DNA of 32,000 nt from Allobaculum fili (GTDB lineage Bacteria > Bacillota_I > Bacilli_A > Erysipelotrichales > Erysipelotrichaceae). Within the stretch, counting starts at the first letter, position 1, and every line of letters begins with the position of its first letter. Location of the stretch: positions 12,434 to 44,433 of the forward strand of contig NZ_JAHDSX010000018.1 of the NCBI RefSeq assembly GCF_020969955.1, written 5' to 3'. The translations under genes were made by a program, and so were the position numbers. Under the pieces are notes generated by a model that was given only the letters and a program-made list of their open reading frames with translations, had not been told where the DNA came from and ran no database searches. Positions 8,820-17,058 of the stretch are shown here, in pieces.

Positions 8820-9282
8820 ATGGATTTGGATCGTGCGGGAATTGTGACCGCGATGAACGCATGGCTTGAACAGCCGGATCGAGGGTCCTGCATGGAATGC
8901 CGGCAGCCGTATTTCGATCGACACGGGGATCAGATTATCGTGTATCTGGAAAAGTAAGATGCGGGGATACGCCAGCGATGACAGGACACTTCTGAACGGT
9001 CTGGAACTATCTGGAATCGCCATTGAAAATGAGAATCAGTCTCGTCTTGCGTCTGTCTGTGCAAAATACGGTTTGATTCGTAAAGGAAACGAGCTGCGTA
9101 AAGAAACAAATTCGGATCGCCTGCCAGACGATCTCGTGCATTTTGCACAGGCGCTTCTGGAGATTGAAAAACAGCTCGGTGAACTGCCCTTGCACACGAC
9201 AAAGGGCTCCAGTATGCGCGACGATCGAAATCCGCATACCCGCTCCACTGTGTCCGAAACGGCCTGCCCGTTTATGAAATGA
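8820..9282 (+). pseudogene. DUF1828-like gene split by a 1-nt frameshift
   Basis: A 45-codon ORF at 8820-8957 (MDLDRAGIVTAMNAWLEQPDRGSCMECRQPYFDRHGDQIIVYLEK*) continues in the +1 frame as KSKMRGYASDDRTLLNGLELSGIAIENENQSRL... up to 9282. Adding one A to the A4 run at 8950-8953 fuses the two into a single ~152-aa ORF. The family assignment is from memory of the PF..D..GD.I.vYle...SDDG.TL..LE.sGi pattern. Confidence 0.5.
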
Positions 9283-9290
9283 TGAACATG

Positions 9291-9351
9291 AAAAAGCGGC
9301 TTCTGCCCGGCATCCTGGGATTGGATGCGGGCAGAAGCCGCTGATTTTTTT
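9291..9351. terminator. Bidirectional rho-independent terminator between the DUF1828-like gene and the tig paralog
   Basis: Perfect 15-bp stem AGCGGCTTCTGCCCG (9295-9309) / CGGGCAGAAGCCGCT (9328-9342). It is flanked by an A-run on the left and T7 (9345-9351) on the right. Confidence 0.85.
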
Positions 9352-9364
9352 ACTGGCGAGGAAA

Positions 9365-10600
9365 CTAGTCTTTTTTGGTGTTGTTGGCTTTCAGGAATTC
9401 AAGCGTTTTGCGCTGAGTGATCTGCGCGGCTACGGCTTCCTGCGGGATGAACATTTTCAGCTGTTCAGGCGGGAAGTTGTAAACGGTCGAGAGCAGTTCG
9501 TACTCTTTGGCAAGATCCTTTTCGTCGGCACCGATCTGTTCGGCACTGGCGATGGCATCGAGAACGAGTGCGGAACGCAGTTCGTTTTCAGCTTCCGGTA
9601 CCAGACGGGCACGGAATTCTTCCGCAGTCTGCTTGGACGCTTTCAGGAAGTCATCGAAGCTCATACCGTACTGTTTGAGCTGGTTTTCGTACTGTTCCAT
9701 GTGCTGGGAAACCTGGGAGTCGATCATGGCTGCCGGGATGTCCATCTGCGCGCCTTCCGCTACGCGGGTGAGGATCGCCATGGCCAGACGGTTTTCTTCC
9801 TGTTCGGTTTTCATCTGGGTCAGTTCTTCACGGATCTTGGCTTTCAGCTCATCAACGGTGCTGCAGCCTTCGAGGTTCATCTTCTTGATGAATTCATCGT
9901 TGAGTTCCGGGACGATGGCTTTCTGAACGGATTTTACGGTGACTTTGAAGATAACCGGCTGTCCAGCCAGAGAGGCTTCAAAGTAGTCGGACGGGAAGAC
10001 AACTTCTACGCTGCGCTCGTCGCCGGCTTTGACGCCGATCAGCTGATCTTCGAAGCCAGGGATGAAGGTGTGGCTTCCAAGAACCAGCGGATAATCGTTT
10101 GCGCTTCCGCCTTCGAAGGCGACGCCGTCTTTTTCACCGACAAAGTCGATGACAACCTGATTTCCGTCTTCCGCAACCGCGTCTTCTGGGAGCGGTTCGA
10201 AGAGGTTCGTCTGGTTGATACGGCCCATAACGTTCTGGAGAACTTCTTCTTCCGATACGGTGATCGGCTGTTTTTCAAAGTTCAGTCCGGTATAGGCAGG
10301 GAGAGTCACTTCTGGAACGAGGGTGCAGGTCAGGGTAACCTGAACGTTGCCGTCGGCATCCGCTTCGGAAAGGAATGCAGGCTGGGTAGCCAGCTTGAGT
10401 GTGTGTTCCTTTGCGGCTTCGGTGAAGACTTTTCCGCCTTCCTGAGCCAGAGCGTATTCCTGGGCTACCGCTGGATCTTCGGATCCGGTTGCTTTTTTGG
10501 CAGCTTCGATATCGGCTTCGTATTCCGCTTTCGGAATGGTGAAGGTAATTACTGCCTCATTTTTCTTAGGATATTCAATTTTATAGTCCATGATATTCAT
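9365..10600 (-). CDS. Trigger-factor paralog with an intact FKBP-type PPIase domain and a divergent N-terminal domain lacking the GFRxGxxP motif
   Basis: 411 aa. The PPIase core is VVIDFVGEKDGVAFEGGSANDYPLVLGSHTFIPGFEDQLIGVKAGDERSVEVVFPSDY...GQPVIFKVTV. The C-terminal arm domain is TF-like (LNDEFIKK..., ALVLDAIA). The alternative start ATG 10591 (MDYKIEY) has better SD spacing. Confidence 0.8.
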   Translation of the reverse strand: MNIMDYKIEYPKKNEAVITFTIPKAEYEADIEAAKKATGSEDPAVAQEYALAQEGGKVFTEAAKEHTLKLATQPAFLSEADADGNVQVTLTCTLVPEVTLPAYTGLNFEKQPITVSEEEVLQNVMGRINQTNLFEPLPEDAVAEDGNQVVIDFVGEKDGVAFEGGSANDYPLVLGSHTFIPGFEDQLIGVKAGDERSVEVVFPSDYFEASLAGQPVIFKVTVKSVQKAIVPELNDEFIKKMNLEGCSTVDELKAKIREELTQMKTEQEENRLAMAILTRVAEGAQMDIPAAMIDSQVSQHMEQYENQLKQYGMSFDDFLKASKQTAEEFRARLVPEAENELRSALVLDAIASAEQIGADEKDLAKEYELLSTVYNFPPEQLKMFIPQEAVAAQITQRKTLEFLKANNTKKD

Positions 10601-10615
10601 CTTCCTTCTGTGTCC

Positions 10616-10624
10616 ATTTTAACA
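10616..10624 (-). promoter_or_regulatory. Candidate extended -10 promoter (TGTTAAAAT) for the tig paralog
   Basis: The minus strand reads TGAATTTGTTAAAATGG. It shares the 14-nt core AATTTGTTA(C/A)AATG (one C/A mismatch) with the element at 15011-15024 upstream of the other tig locus. Confidence 0.4.
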
Positions 10625-10786
10625 AATTCACCATGAACCATGCGGGATTTGACTGTTCCGGCCAGACTGTTCAGGGCGAGGGTCAAAAGGTATTCCAATA
10701 CGGAATGGAAAAGCAAGCGAATCGGATGAAAACACAAAACTAAAGCAGAAAAGGCGAAGAAAGAGGAATCCGATTCGGATGCCTTT

Positions 10787-10837
10787 TTCACAAAAACAGG
10801 CCGTAATCCGGGCAAAATGCGCCCGGGCTTCGGCCTG
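10787..10837 (-). terminator. Rho-independent terminator (minus strand), ~370 nt downstream of the present stop of the decayed surface-protein gene
   Basis: On the minus strand: CAGGCCG aagc CCGGGC gcatttt GCCCGG atta CGGCCTG followed by TTTTTGTG. Confidence 0.6.
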
Positions 10838-11204
10838 TCGACAATTTATATGCGGTAAATGGAACGATTTCGATCGATGAAACTTTGTGGACCCCATTTT
10901 CATCGAGGCGGCAGGAAGTGCAGGGCTCAGCGACAGTTTATTCTTCCTGGCCGGAAAGCGTTCGTGAAATCTGCAGATCGATCGCGTGTGAACGATCGAT
11001 TTTGCGGATGTGGAATCTGGATCCGCCGGATTTTTTTCAAAAAATTCGAAGGATCCTTTTTGCCCGAATGTGTGAGATCTGAACACCGCAGCCCGAATAT
11101 CTTTGTGATGTGCAGAAGAAATTTTGTTCTTTATGGAACTGGATTTGCGTATTTGGATTTACTTAGCTGTTTTGGATTCCGGCTTTTCGTATTTCGTTAT
11201 GAAA

Positions 11205-11690
11205 TCAGAAAAGACGTTTCGCGTCGGGAAGAAGACGCAGATGGAGAATCGATGCATGCAGGGCTTTCACCTGCGCATCAATATCTTCCTGCGTCATCGC
11301 TTCTGCGGATGCCTCATCGACAGACGCGATCATCTCATCCGCGGCTTCCAGAACGTCTTCCATCGTCTGCCAGCCGGCGGACTGGAACTGCGCCTTGGCG
11401 TATCCGTGCGCCTTTTGCGAAAGGAAGTGCAGGGTATCCAGATTCAGCGTCAGGACAGGCAGAAGTTCGAGGGTATCGATCGCGTTCTGCAGATTGGTGC
11501 AGGCGTTTGCGATGGAGGATTGGCTGAGGGCTTCAAGATTTGTCTGGAGCGCTTTGGCTTCGTTCAGGGCGGACGTCAGATTCGTAAGTGACTCTTCTGT
11601 ATACAGCTTGGAATCGACAGCTTCTGCGGTTTCGATCAGCGTATCCAGTGCAGCTGATCGCCTTTGAGAGCGACGAGTTCGAGTGAGCAA
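11205..11690 (-). pseudogene. Fragment 5: last helical repeats in another frame, probably C-terminally truncated
   Basis: SAALDTLIETAEAVDSKLYTEESLTNLTSALNEAKALQ continues the repeat interrupted at ...LELVALKGD in fragment 4. The fragment ends ...LRLLPDAKRLF-TGA with no anchor or terminal domain. Confidence 0.5.
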
Positions 11691-12964
11691 TCCAGACGGG
11701 ATTTGGATGTATTGACCTGTTCCTGCGCGGCGTTCTCGTTTACCAGCAGGGGTTTTGCTTCACTTAAAGCGGCTTCAAATTCCGATACAATCGCTTGGGG
11801 CAGACCGTTAAGATCGCCGGCTTCCTGTTTCGCTTCGGCCGTATTTACCGCCGTCTGCAGAGCGCTTCGATCGACTTTGACTTTGAGACCGTCGATAGCG
11901 GTCTGCAGGGAAGTCGAAGCGGCAGTGATGTTTTCCTGATTCAGACGGCTCAGATCCGCTTTAAGAGCTTTTGCCTGCGACACCGCTGTGGTAAGTGCGG
12001 AAACGGAGGCTTCGGTATATTTGTCGGAATCGATGGCTTCGGCTTTGGCGATCAGCGCGTTGAGCGCGCTCAGATCGTCTTTTAACGCCGCCAGATCGAG
12101 GACGTGATCGACACGGACTTTGGATGCATCGATCTGCTCCTGCGTGGCGCTTTCATCTTTTAACAGGACATTGGCTTCGGTTAAGGCTGCATTGAATTCG
12201 GCGACGATGTTTTCTTCAAGACCTTCGAGTCCGCCGGCGGTCTGCAGGGCAGCAGCGGTATCAACGGAAGCCTGAAGCTTGCTTCGGTCAGCGGGAACGG
12301 CTTCTTCAAGTTCTGCGAACGCGGCAAGGTACTTTTTCTGGAGGACGTTGATGGCCTGACGCGCAGCAGCGCCAAAGTTTCCGTACGTCCTGGCCTGAAT
12401 TTCTTCAGCCTGACTCTGGTACTCCTGAAGCGCTGGATACGCTTTGTTCCAGGAGTCGGCGGTGTAGTCTTTTTCGTTCAGTGCTTTGGTGCGGGCCACA
12501 AGAGAAGGCAGTGTGTTGAGTTCGACGATGACATCGTAATCGGGCATCCATTCTTTCGTATTGTGGTTTCTTGCACGGAATACGACTTCCGTATCGTAAA
12601 CATACACTTCATAGCCCAGGCCTTTGCCGGTAAAGACAGGAACATCGACAAGGGTTCCCCAGACGGAGTCCATGATTTCCGCTGTGCCAAACGGGTTATG
12701 AATATGACCGGTGATGAGAATCGTTTCGGGATGTTTAGCCAGGATGGTTTTCATGGCTTCATCCTGATCGCCGAATCCGTTGTAGTTCATCGAACCGGAG
12801 TGGGTATAGTTGAGTGCCTGATGGATCATGATGAAAGCGGGGCGGGAAAGCGACTCGTCTTCGCTCAGTTTTTCATCGAGCCAGTCGAGCTGTTCCTGCG
12901 AGAGCCACGCCATATCCTTCGGCGAGTTTTCAGAGTTGAGAACAATGAAGTGATAGCCGTCGAT
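11636..12964 (-). pseudogene. Fragment 4: C-terminal half of the metallophosphoesterase domain plus helical repeats
   Basis: It lies directly in frame after the TGA: IDGYHFIVLNSENSPKDMAWLSQEQLDWL, PAFIMIHQ, ITGHIHN. ~65-aa helical repeats follow (ALIAKAEAIDSDKYTEASVSALTTAVSQAKAL...LQTAIDGL). Confidence 0.6.
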
Positions 12965-13426
12965 TCATTGATCGTAGTAGAGCTTGTCGTCATTTTCACC
13001 CATATATCTGGCGTTGTTTTCCAGATAGCTGGCGGAAATGATCGGGAAATGGGCGTTTACGCCGCTTGGACTGTCTTCCCACTGTGATGACGTCGGTCCG
13101 CGCATTTCGTGGTTGCCCATGGCGACCAGAACGCCTTCGGTTTTCTCGCTCAGACCGGCCTCAAGCCGGTCGTAGAAACTCGTCATCTGTTCTGGCATGC
13201 CGCTCTGTGTCAGATCCCCGGCCAGAAGGATCGCTTTGGCTTCGGGGTTGATCGTATTCATGTCGGCGAGCGCTTCGGAGAAAGTATTCAGAGACGCTTC
13301 ACTGGACGTATGAAGGTCGGAGACGACGTGGAAGCTCAGCTTAGCCGGCGTACCTTCCATGAACGTGTCGTATTCCTTTAACAGCGCGTCATAAATGGCC
13401 TGCCGATCGGCACCTTCAGCTTTCAT
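12965..13426 (-). pseudogene. Fragment 3: N-terminal half of a calcineurin-like metallophosphoesterase domain, ending at an in-frame TGA
   Basis: FHVVSDLH, LLAGDLTQSG, AMGNHE. The fragment ends ...KLYYDQ-TGA. Confidence 0.6.
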
Positions 13427-14165
13427 GTCTTCGCGCTTTAGCGAGGGACGCTTTCATTGTTTCGATAGCGTCAGGGGTGTAGCGTTCGCCCGCGGTCATC
13501 AGATCGATCGGCCGGTCGATGCGCTCCAGCTCCAGATCCATTAAATACGTATTGGCGGATGCGGCAATTTCCTCGGCGCTCAGCGCACGGCGGCTGACAC
13601 TGAATTCATCGATCCACGCGTCGTCTACCGCCAGGAACTTCGTGCCGTCGGATTTGTTCGAGGCACCGATCAAAAAGTCGGACGAATCGATTGTTCCATG
13701 GTGGGCGGCAATCGATTTGGGCGCTTCCGCCTGCTTGCCGTCGATGTAGTACGTCATCGTTTTGGCACGGCCGCGGTCGATCACGGCCGCAATGTGGTGC
13801 CAGGTGCCGTCGGTCGGCGTCGTGATGCGGCTTGAATCCGTACGCGAACCGCCCGGTGTCTGGAAGTTGAGCGTGACGCCGTTGACCATATCGCCGATGG
13901 TAAAGCCGGGATTCGATCCGGAAACCCATTCCTTGTTGCCGACGATGCAACCTTCGGTCTGAGAATCGGCCGACGCCTTGTACCAGAACTGAACGGTAAA
14001 ACTGCCGGTTCCAAATTTCAGATCATCCGGCTGACCAAAGTTGATATACTGTTTCGCTTCATCGGTGCGTTCGATCGAGTTGACGAGATGGATGGCTTTT
14101 CCAAGTTTTCCTTTGCCGTATTCCGGGGAGCCGACAACGGTTCCGTTGTTTTCGCCGCCGCTTCG
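13416..14165 (-). pseudogene. Fragment 2: LamG/concanavalin-like (Laminin_G_3-type) domain
   Basis: My hand translation of the open frame upstream of the track ORF gives: NNGTVVGSPEYGKGKLGKAIHLVNS...FGTGSFTVQFWYKA...GFTIGDMVNGVTLNF...GTWHHIAAVIDRGRAKTMTYYIDGKQ...DFLIGASN...AWIDEFSVSRRALSAEEI. Confidence 0.6.
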
Positions 14166-14329
14166 TCCTTGGCGCTTTCCTGATCGAAGCTGACGGAAAG
14201 CACCGGCTTCGGGGCGGTTTCTTCCGCGGCCAGGACACAGGTCATGTTCGGCGCAGCCTGCAGGACGGACAGACCAAGCGAGGTGCTGAGCGTCAGCACA
14301 AACAGACTGTTCATTTTTCTGTAAATCAT
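14018..14329 (-). pseudogene. Fragment 1: signal peptide and start of the mature region
   Basis: MIYRKMNSLFVLTLSTSLGLSVLQAAP... then PVLSVSFDQESAKDE. After about codon 55 the frame turns into nonsense, while the LamG frame continues sensibly (GGENNGTVVGSPEYGKGKLGKAIHL). Confidence 0.55.
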
Positions 14330-15014
14330 GCTGAACCTTTCTTAGATTTTCTCTTTAATCCTTATTTTTGTTTGTGCGGCATACGTTTGGCTGCACGCAG
14401 GAAGAGGCGAAAAAAAAAGACGCTTCTTCCAGACCGCCCTGTCCGATCGAAGCGGGGGAGATTCGATCAAACGATGGAGCGATCCATTTCTGGCCCGTGC
14501 AGTTTCTCTCCTTTCTGCCTGCACTGGTTTGTGCCAGAATTGCTGATAACCCTTACATCCTTAATTTTATAGAAGGAGCGATTTTTGAATCCAAGCGTAT
14601 TGTTCAGGGGTCAGAATTTCAGTCCGGTTTGTACGAAATCTTTTGAATTGACGAAATCGGATACAAAAAAACGGCTTTTCAGGTGAGAAATGCCGATTGA
14701 TGAAAAATTTCAGTGAAATGCGCAATATGACCAGACCAGCGGAAAGGCCTCAAAAAGTCAGAGCAGGCCTGTTCGCGATACAGAGCCTTCATCCGCCCGA
14801 TCAGAAATTCACCCCTTTAAAAAGGATACGGTTCTTTCCTGCCAGAATGAGACTGCGTCCTGAACCGGAAGCTTTAGGGAATGCCGTAAGAAAGGGTTTA
14901 GAGTGTTCAGAAAGCCTCTGCATCGTCTGTACTTTTCAAAACGGATTGCCCGCATATGCACCCGCTAAGATTTAGCGGCGTCAGGACTGATAAATACAGC
15001 TTTATTTTGAAATT

Positions 15015-15023
15015 TGTTACAAT
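15015..15023 (+). promoter_or_regulatory. Candidate extended -10 promoter (TGTTACAAT) for the hypothetical-tig-lon-engB cluster
   Basis: TTTGTTACAAT at 15013-15023, ~78 nt upstream of ATG 15101. Confidence 0.4.
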
Positions 15024-15100
15024 GATTGAGGCTTGTGAAATGGAAGAATGGTTGTCATGAACACGACCGCTTCTGTATAATTTTCAGGCTCGGAGGCAGT

Positions 15101-15730
15101 ATGAACCGAAAGGACAGCACATTGGAATTGAATCCCCGTCTTGCGGATTCCGTAAATGATCCCGCAAGTGACAATAAACAGAACCCGGACGATATGGCCA
15201 GCGTTCTCAGGCTGATCCATGGATCCGAATCGGATCAGGAAAAAGCCGTTTCGCTTCTTTGTACGATGGATCTGAATGCCTGTCATGACGCATGTCAGCA
15301 GCTGCTTTCGAGTCCAGTGCTTCTGCAGGAATTTAAAGGCGAACTGATTCTGGCTTTGATCCGACAGAAAACAGATTCTCTGTTTACAATGGAAAAAGAC
15401 AACGTCAGTTATCGGTTTAACCCATCCCTTTTAAATGACCCCGATAAAACGTCGATCATTTTGCAGACCAGAGACTGGCTGGAAACGATGCTGGAAGGAA
15501 ATCGAACGTTCGGCGCCCGATTTGCTTATCAGCTTCTGGACCAGGAAATCCTGGAAATGCTCCCCAATGATTTTGAGGGCTATGATCCAAAGCGTCTGGC
15601 CGGATCCATTATCCGGCTTGTCTGCAGGGAGATGAACGACGAGGCCGGTCTGGAAGCGATGGAAAAGAAGTATTATCCCGACGGTCTCAAGCCGTACCCG
15701 CTGCGTATAGAAACGAGAGGAAAATTTTGA
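15101..15730 (+). CDS. Hypothetical protein (209 aa, helical, no recognised motif)
   Basis: ATG 15101 lies 5 nt after GGAGG; the track ORF start at 15026 has no SD. The TGA stop overlaps the tig start region. Codon usage and G+C resemble the neighbouring genes. Confidence 0.6.
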   Translation: MNRKDSTLELNPRLADSVNDPASDNKQNPDDMASVLRLIHGSESDQEKAVSLLCTMDLNACHDACQQLLSSPVLLQEFKGELILALIRQKTDSLFTMEKDNVSYRFNPSLLNDPDKTSIILQTRDWLETMLEGNRTFGARFAYQLLDQEILEMLPNDFEGYDPKRLAGSIIRLVCREMNDEAGLEAMEKKYYPDGLKPYPLRIETRGKF

Positions 15731-16974
15731 GTATGAAGACAAATTCCGTAAAAAACGATAACAATACCGTTACCGTTACCGCCACATTTGACCAGGCTGA
15801 GTGGCAGAAAGAATGCAAAGCCGCTCTGAAAAACCTGGCCGGCCGTGCCCAGATCAAAGGCTTCCGTAATGGACGCGTACCAGCTGCCATGATCAAAAAA
15901 GTCTATGGCGAAGCTGCCATCGAAGAAACAGCAGCAGAGAAAATGAGCCGTCAGCATCTCGATGCGATCATTGAAGAAGCCGACGTAGAACCAATCGACC
16001 GCATTTCCTTTGACGGTTTCGAAGTGAACGATGAAGGCGTTGCGCTCACCTTTACCGTACCTGTAGCTCCAGAAGCCAAACTCGGTCAGTGGAAAAACCT
16101 CGGCATTAAAAAGGACGAAGTGACCGTTACCGACGAAGACGTAGAAAACGCCATTAAGGACCGTCAGAAAAAAGCCGCAGAAAGCGAACTCGTTGAAGAC
16201 GGTGCCATTGAAGAAGGCGACGATGTTGCCGTAACCGTTAAAGACGGCGACTCCGAAGTGAAAAAACAGCTCGTCATCGGTGCCGGCGCAGACAAAACCG
16301 TTGAAGACGCTCTGCTTGGCATGAAGACCGGTGAAGAAAAAGACGTAGAAAACACCGATGCAGAAGGAAACGTAACGACGCTCCACCTGACTGTCGGCGA
16401 CGTATTCCGCGACAAGCTTCCGTTGGTGAACGATGAATTCGCCAAAGCGCAGGAAGATCTGGACAAGCCGGAAACCGTTGACGCGATGAAAGAAACTCTG
16501 CGCACACGCATGCAGGAAGCACGTGAAAACGCAGCGGAAGAAAAATTCATCGGCGAACTGCTCAAAGCCGTTGGCGAAAAAGCCGATGTAGAAATTCCGG
16601 AATCCATGATCCGCAATGAAACCAACTACCAGATCAACCGTCTGGCCAGCCAGTTCGGCAATATGGACAACTTCATGAACTTCCTCTCGCAGGCAGGCAT
16701 TGAACCGTCCGCTCTTGCCGGCCAGTTCTACGAAGAGTCCAGAATGCGCGTTCTGAACACGCTCGTTCTTGACGCGATCGCCCGTGAAGCCGGTCTGGAA
16801 GTAACCGATGAGGAAGTTGATGCCGAAATCGAAGACTTCGCAAAAGCCAACAACGCGAAGGTGGAAGACATCCTCAAAAACGTAAACCGTGAAGAAGTAA
16901 AACATTCTCTTCTGCACGACAAGGCAGTTGAAGCTCTCGAAGCCGCACAGGGCGAAGAAGCAGCAGCTGAATAA
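15727..16974 (+). CDS. tig: Trigger factor, with the ribosome-docking motif present and a shortened, degenerate central PPIase-like region
   Basis: GFRNGRVP (15859-15882) matches the TF signature GFRxGxxP. The C-terminal arm domain is TF-like (LVNDEFAK, VLDAIAREAGLEVTDEEVDAEI). The tig-lon-engB context supports the call. The start is either TTG 15727 or ATG 15733, after GAGAGGA. Confidence 0.85.
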   Translation: MSMKTNSVKNDNNTVTVTATFDQAEWQKECKAALKNLAGRAQIKGFRNGRVPAAMIKKVYGEAAIEETAAEKMSRQHLDAIIEEADVEPIDRISFDGFEVNDEGVALTFTVPVAPEAKLGQWKNLGIKKDEVTVTDEDVENAIKDRQKKAAESELVEDGAIEEGDDVAVTVKDGDSEVKKQLVIGAGADKTVEDALLGMKTGEEKDVENTDAEGNVTTLHLTVGDVFRDKLPLVNDEFAKAQEDLDKPETVDAMKETLRTRMQEARENAAEEKFIGELLKAVGEKADVEIPESMIRNETNYQINRLASQFGNMDNFMNFLSQAGIEPSALAGQFYEESRMRVLNTLVLDAIAREAGLEVTDEEVDAEIEDFAKANNAKVEDILKNVNREEVKHSLLHDKAVEALEAAQGEEAAAE

Positions 16975-16992
16975 CAGGCATTTATTTAAGAT

Positions 16993-17019
16993 AAAAAAAG
17001 ACGCTTGTGCGTCTTTTTT
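16993..17019 (+). terminator. Rho-independent terminator after tig
   Basis: AAAAAGACGC TTGT GCGTCTTTTT followed by T. Confidence 0.8.
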
Positions 17020-17058
17020 GCCCATATATGGGCCGTAACAGACAGGAGGTATACTTGA

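Larger units (their letters stand above)
11205..14329 (-). pseudogene. Disrupted gene for a secreted LamG-like + metallophosphoesterase + FIVAR-like helical-repeat protein (~1040 codons)
   Basis: Five collinear ORF pieces on one strand read as one protein once three frame changes and one in-frame TGA are bridged. The frame changes lie at ~14150-14175, ~13416-13430 and ~11650-11690; the TGA is at 12965-12967. See the fragment entries below. Confidence 0.6.

Noticed and set aside
10628-11086. 152-aa minus-strand ORF, and the overlapping plus-strand ORFs, in the 10601-11204 gap.
   Set aside because: There is no SD and no motifs, and the composition is odd and Cys/Arg/Phe-rich. One of these ORFs spans a predicted terminator. 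The region is more likely debris of the truncated 3' end of the decayed gene plus the tig-paralog promoter.
12965-12967. The in-frame TGA as selenocysteine, or as evidence of an alternative genetic code (TGA = Trp or Gly).
   Set aside because: TGA clearly terminates uvrC, mtlF and the 15101 gene in this same window. I see no SECIS-like hairpin just downstream, the family is not known to use Sec, and the same gene carries three frameshifts.
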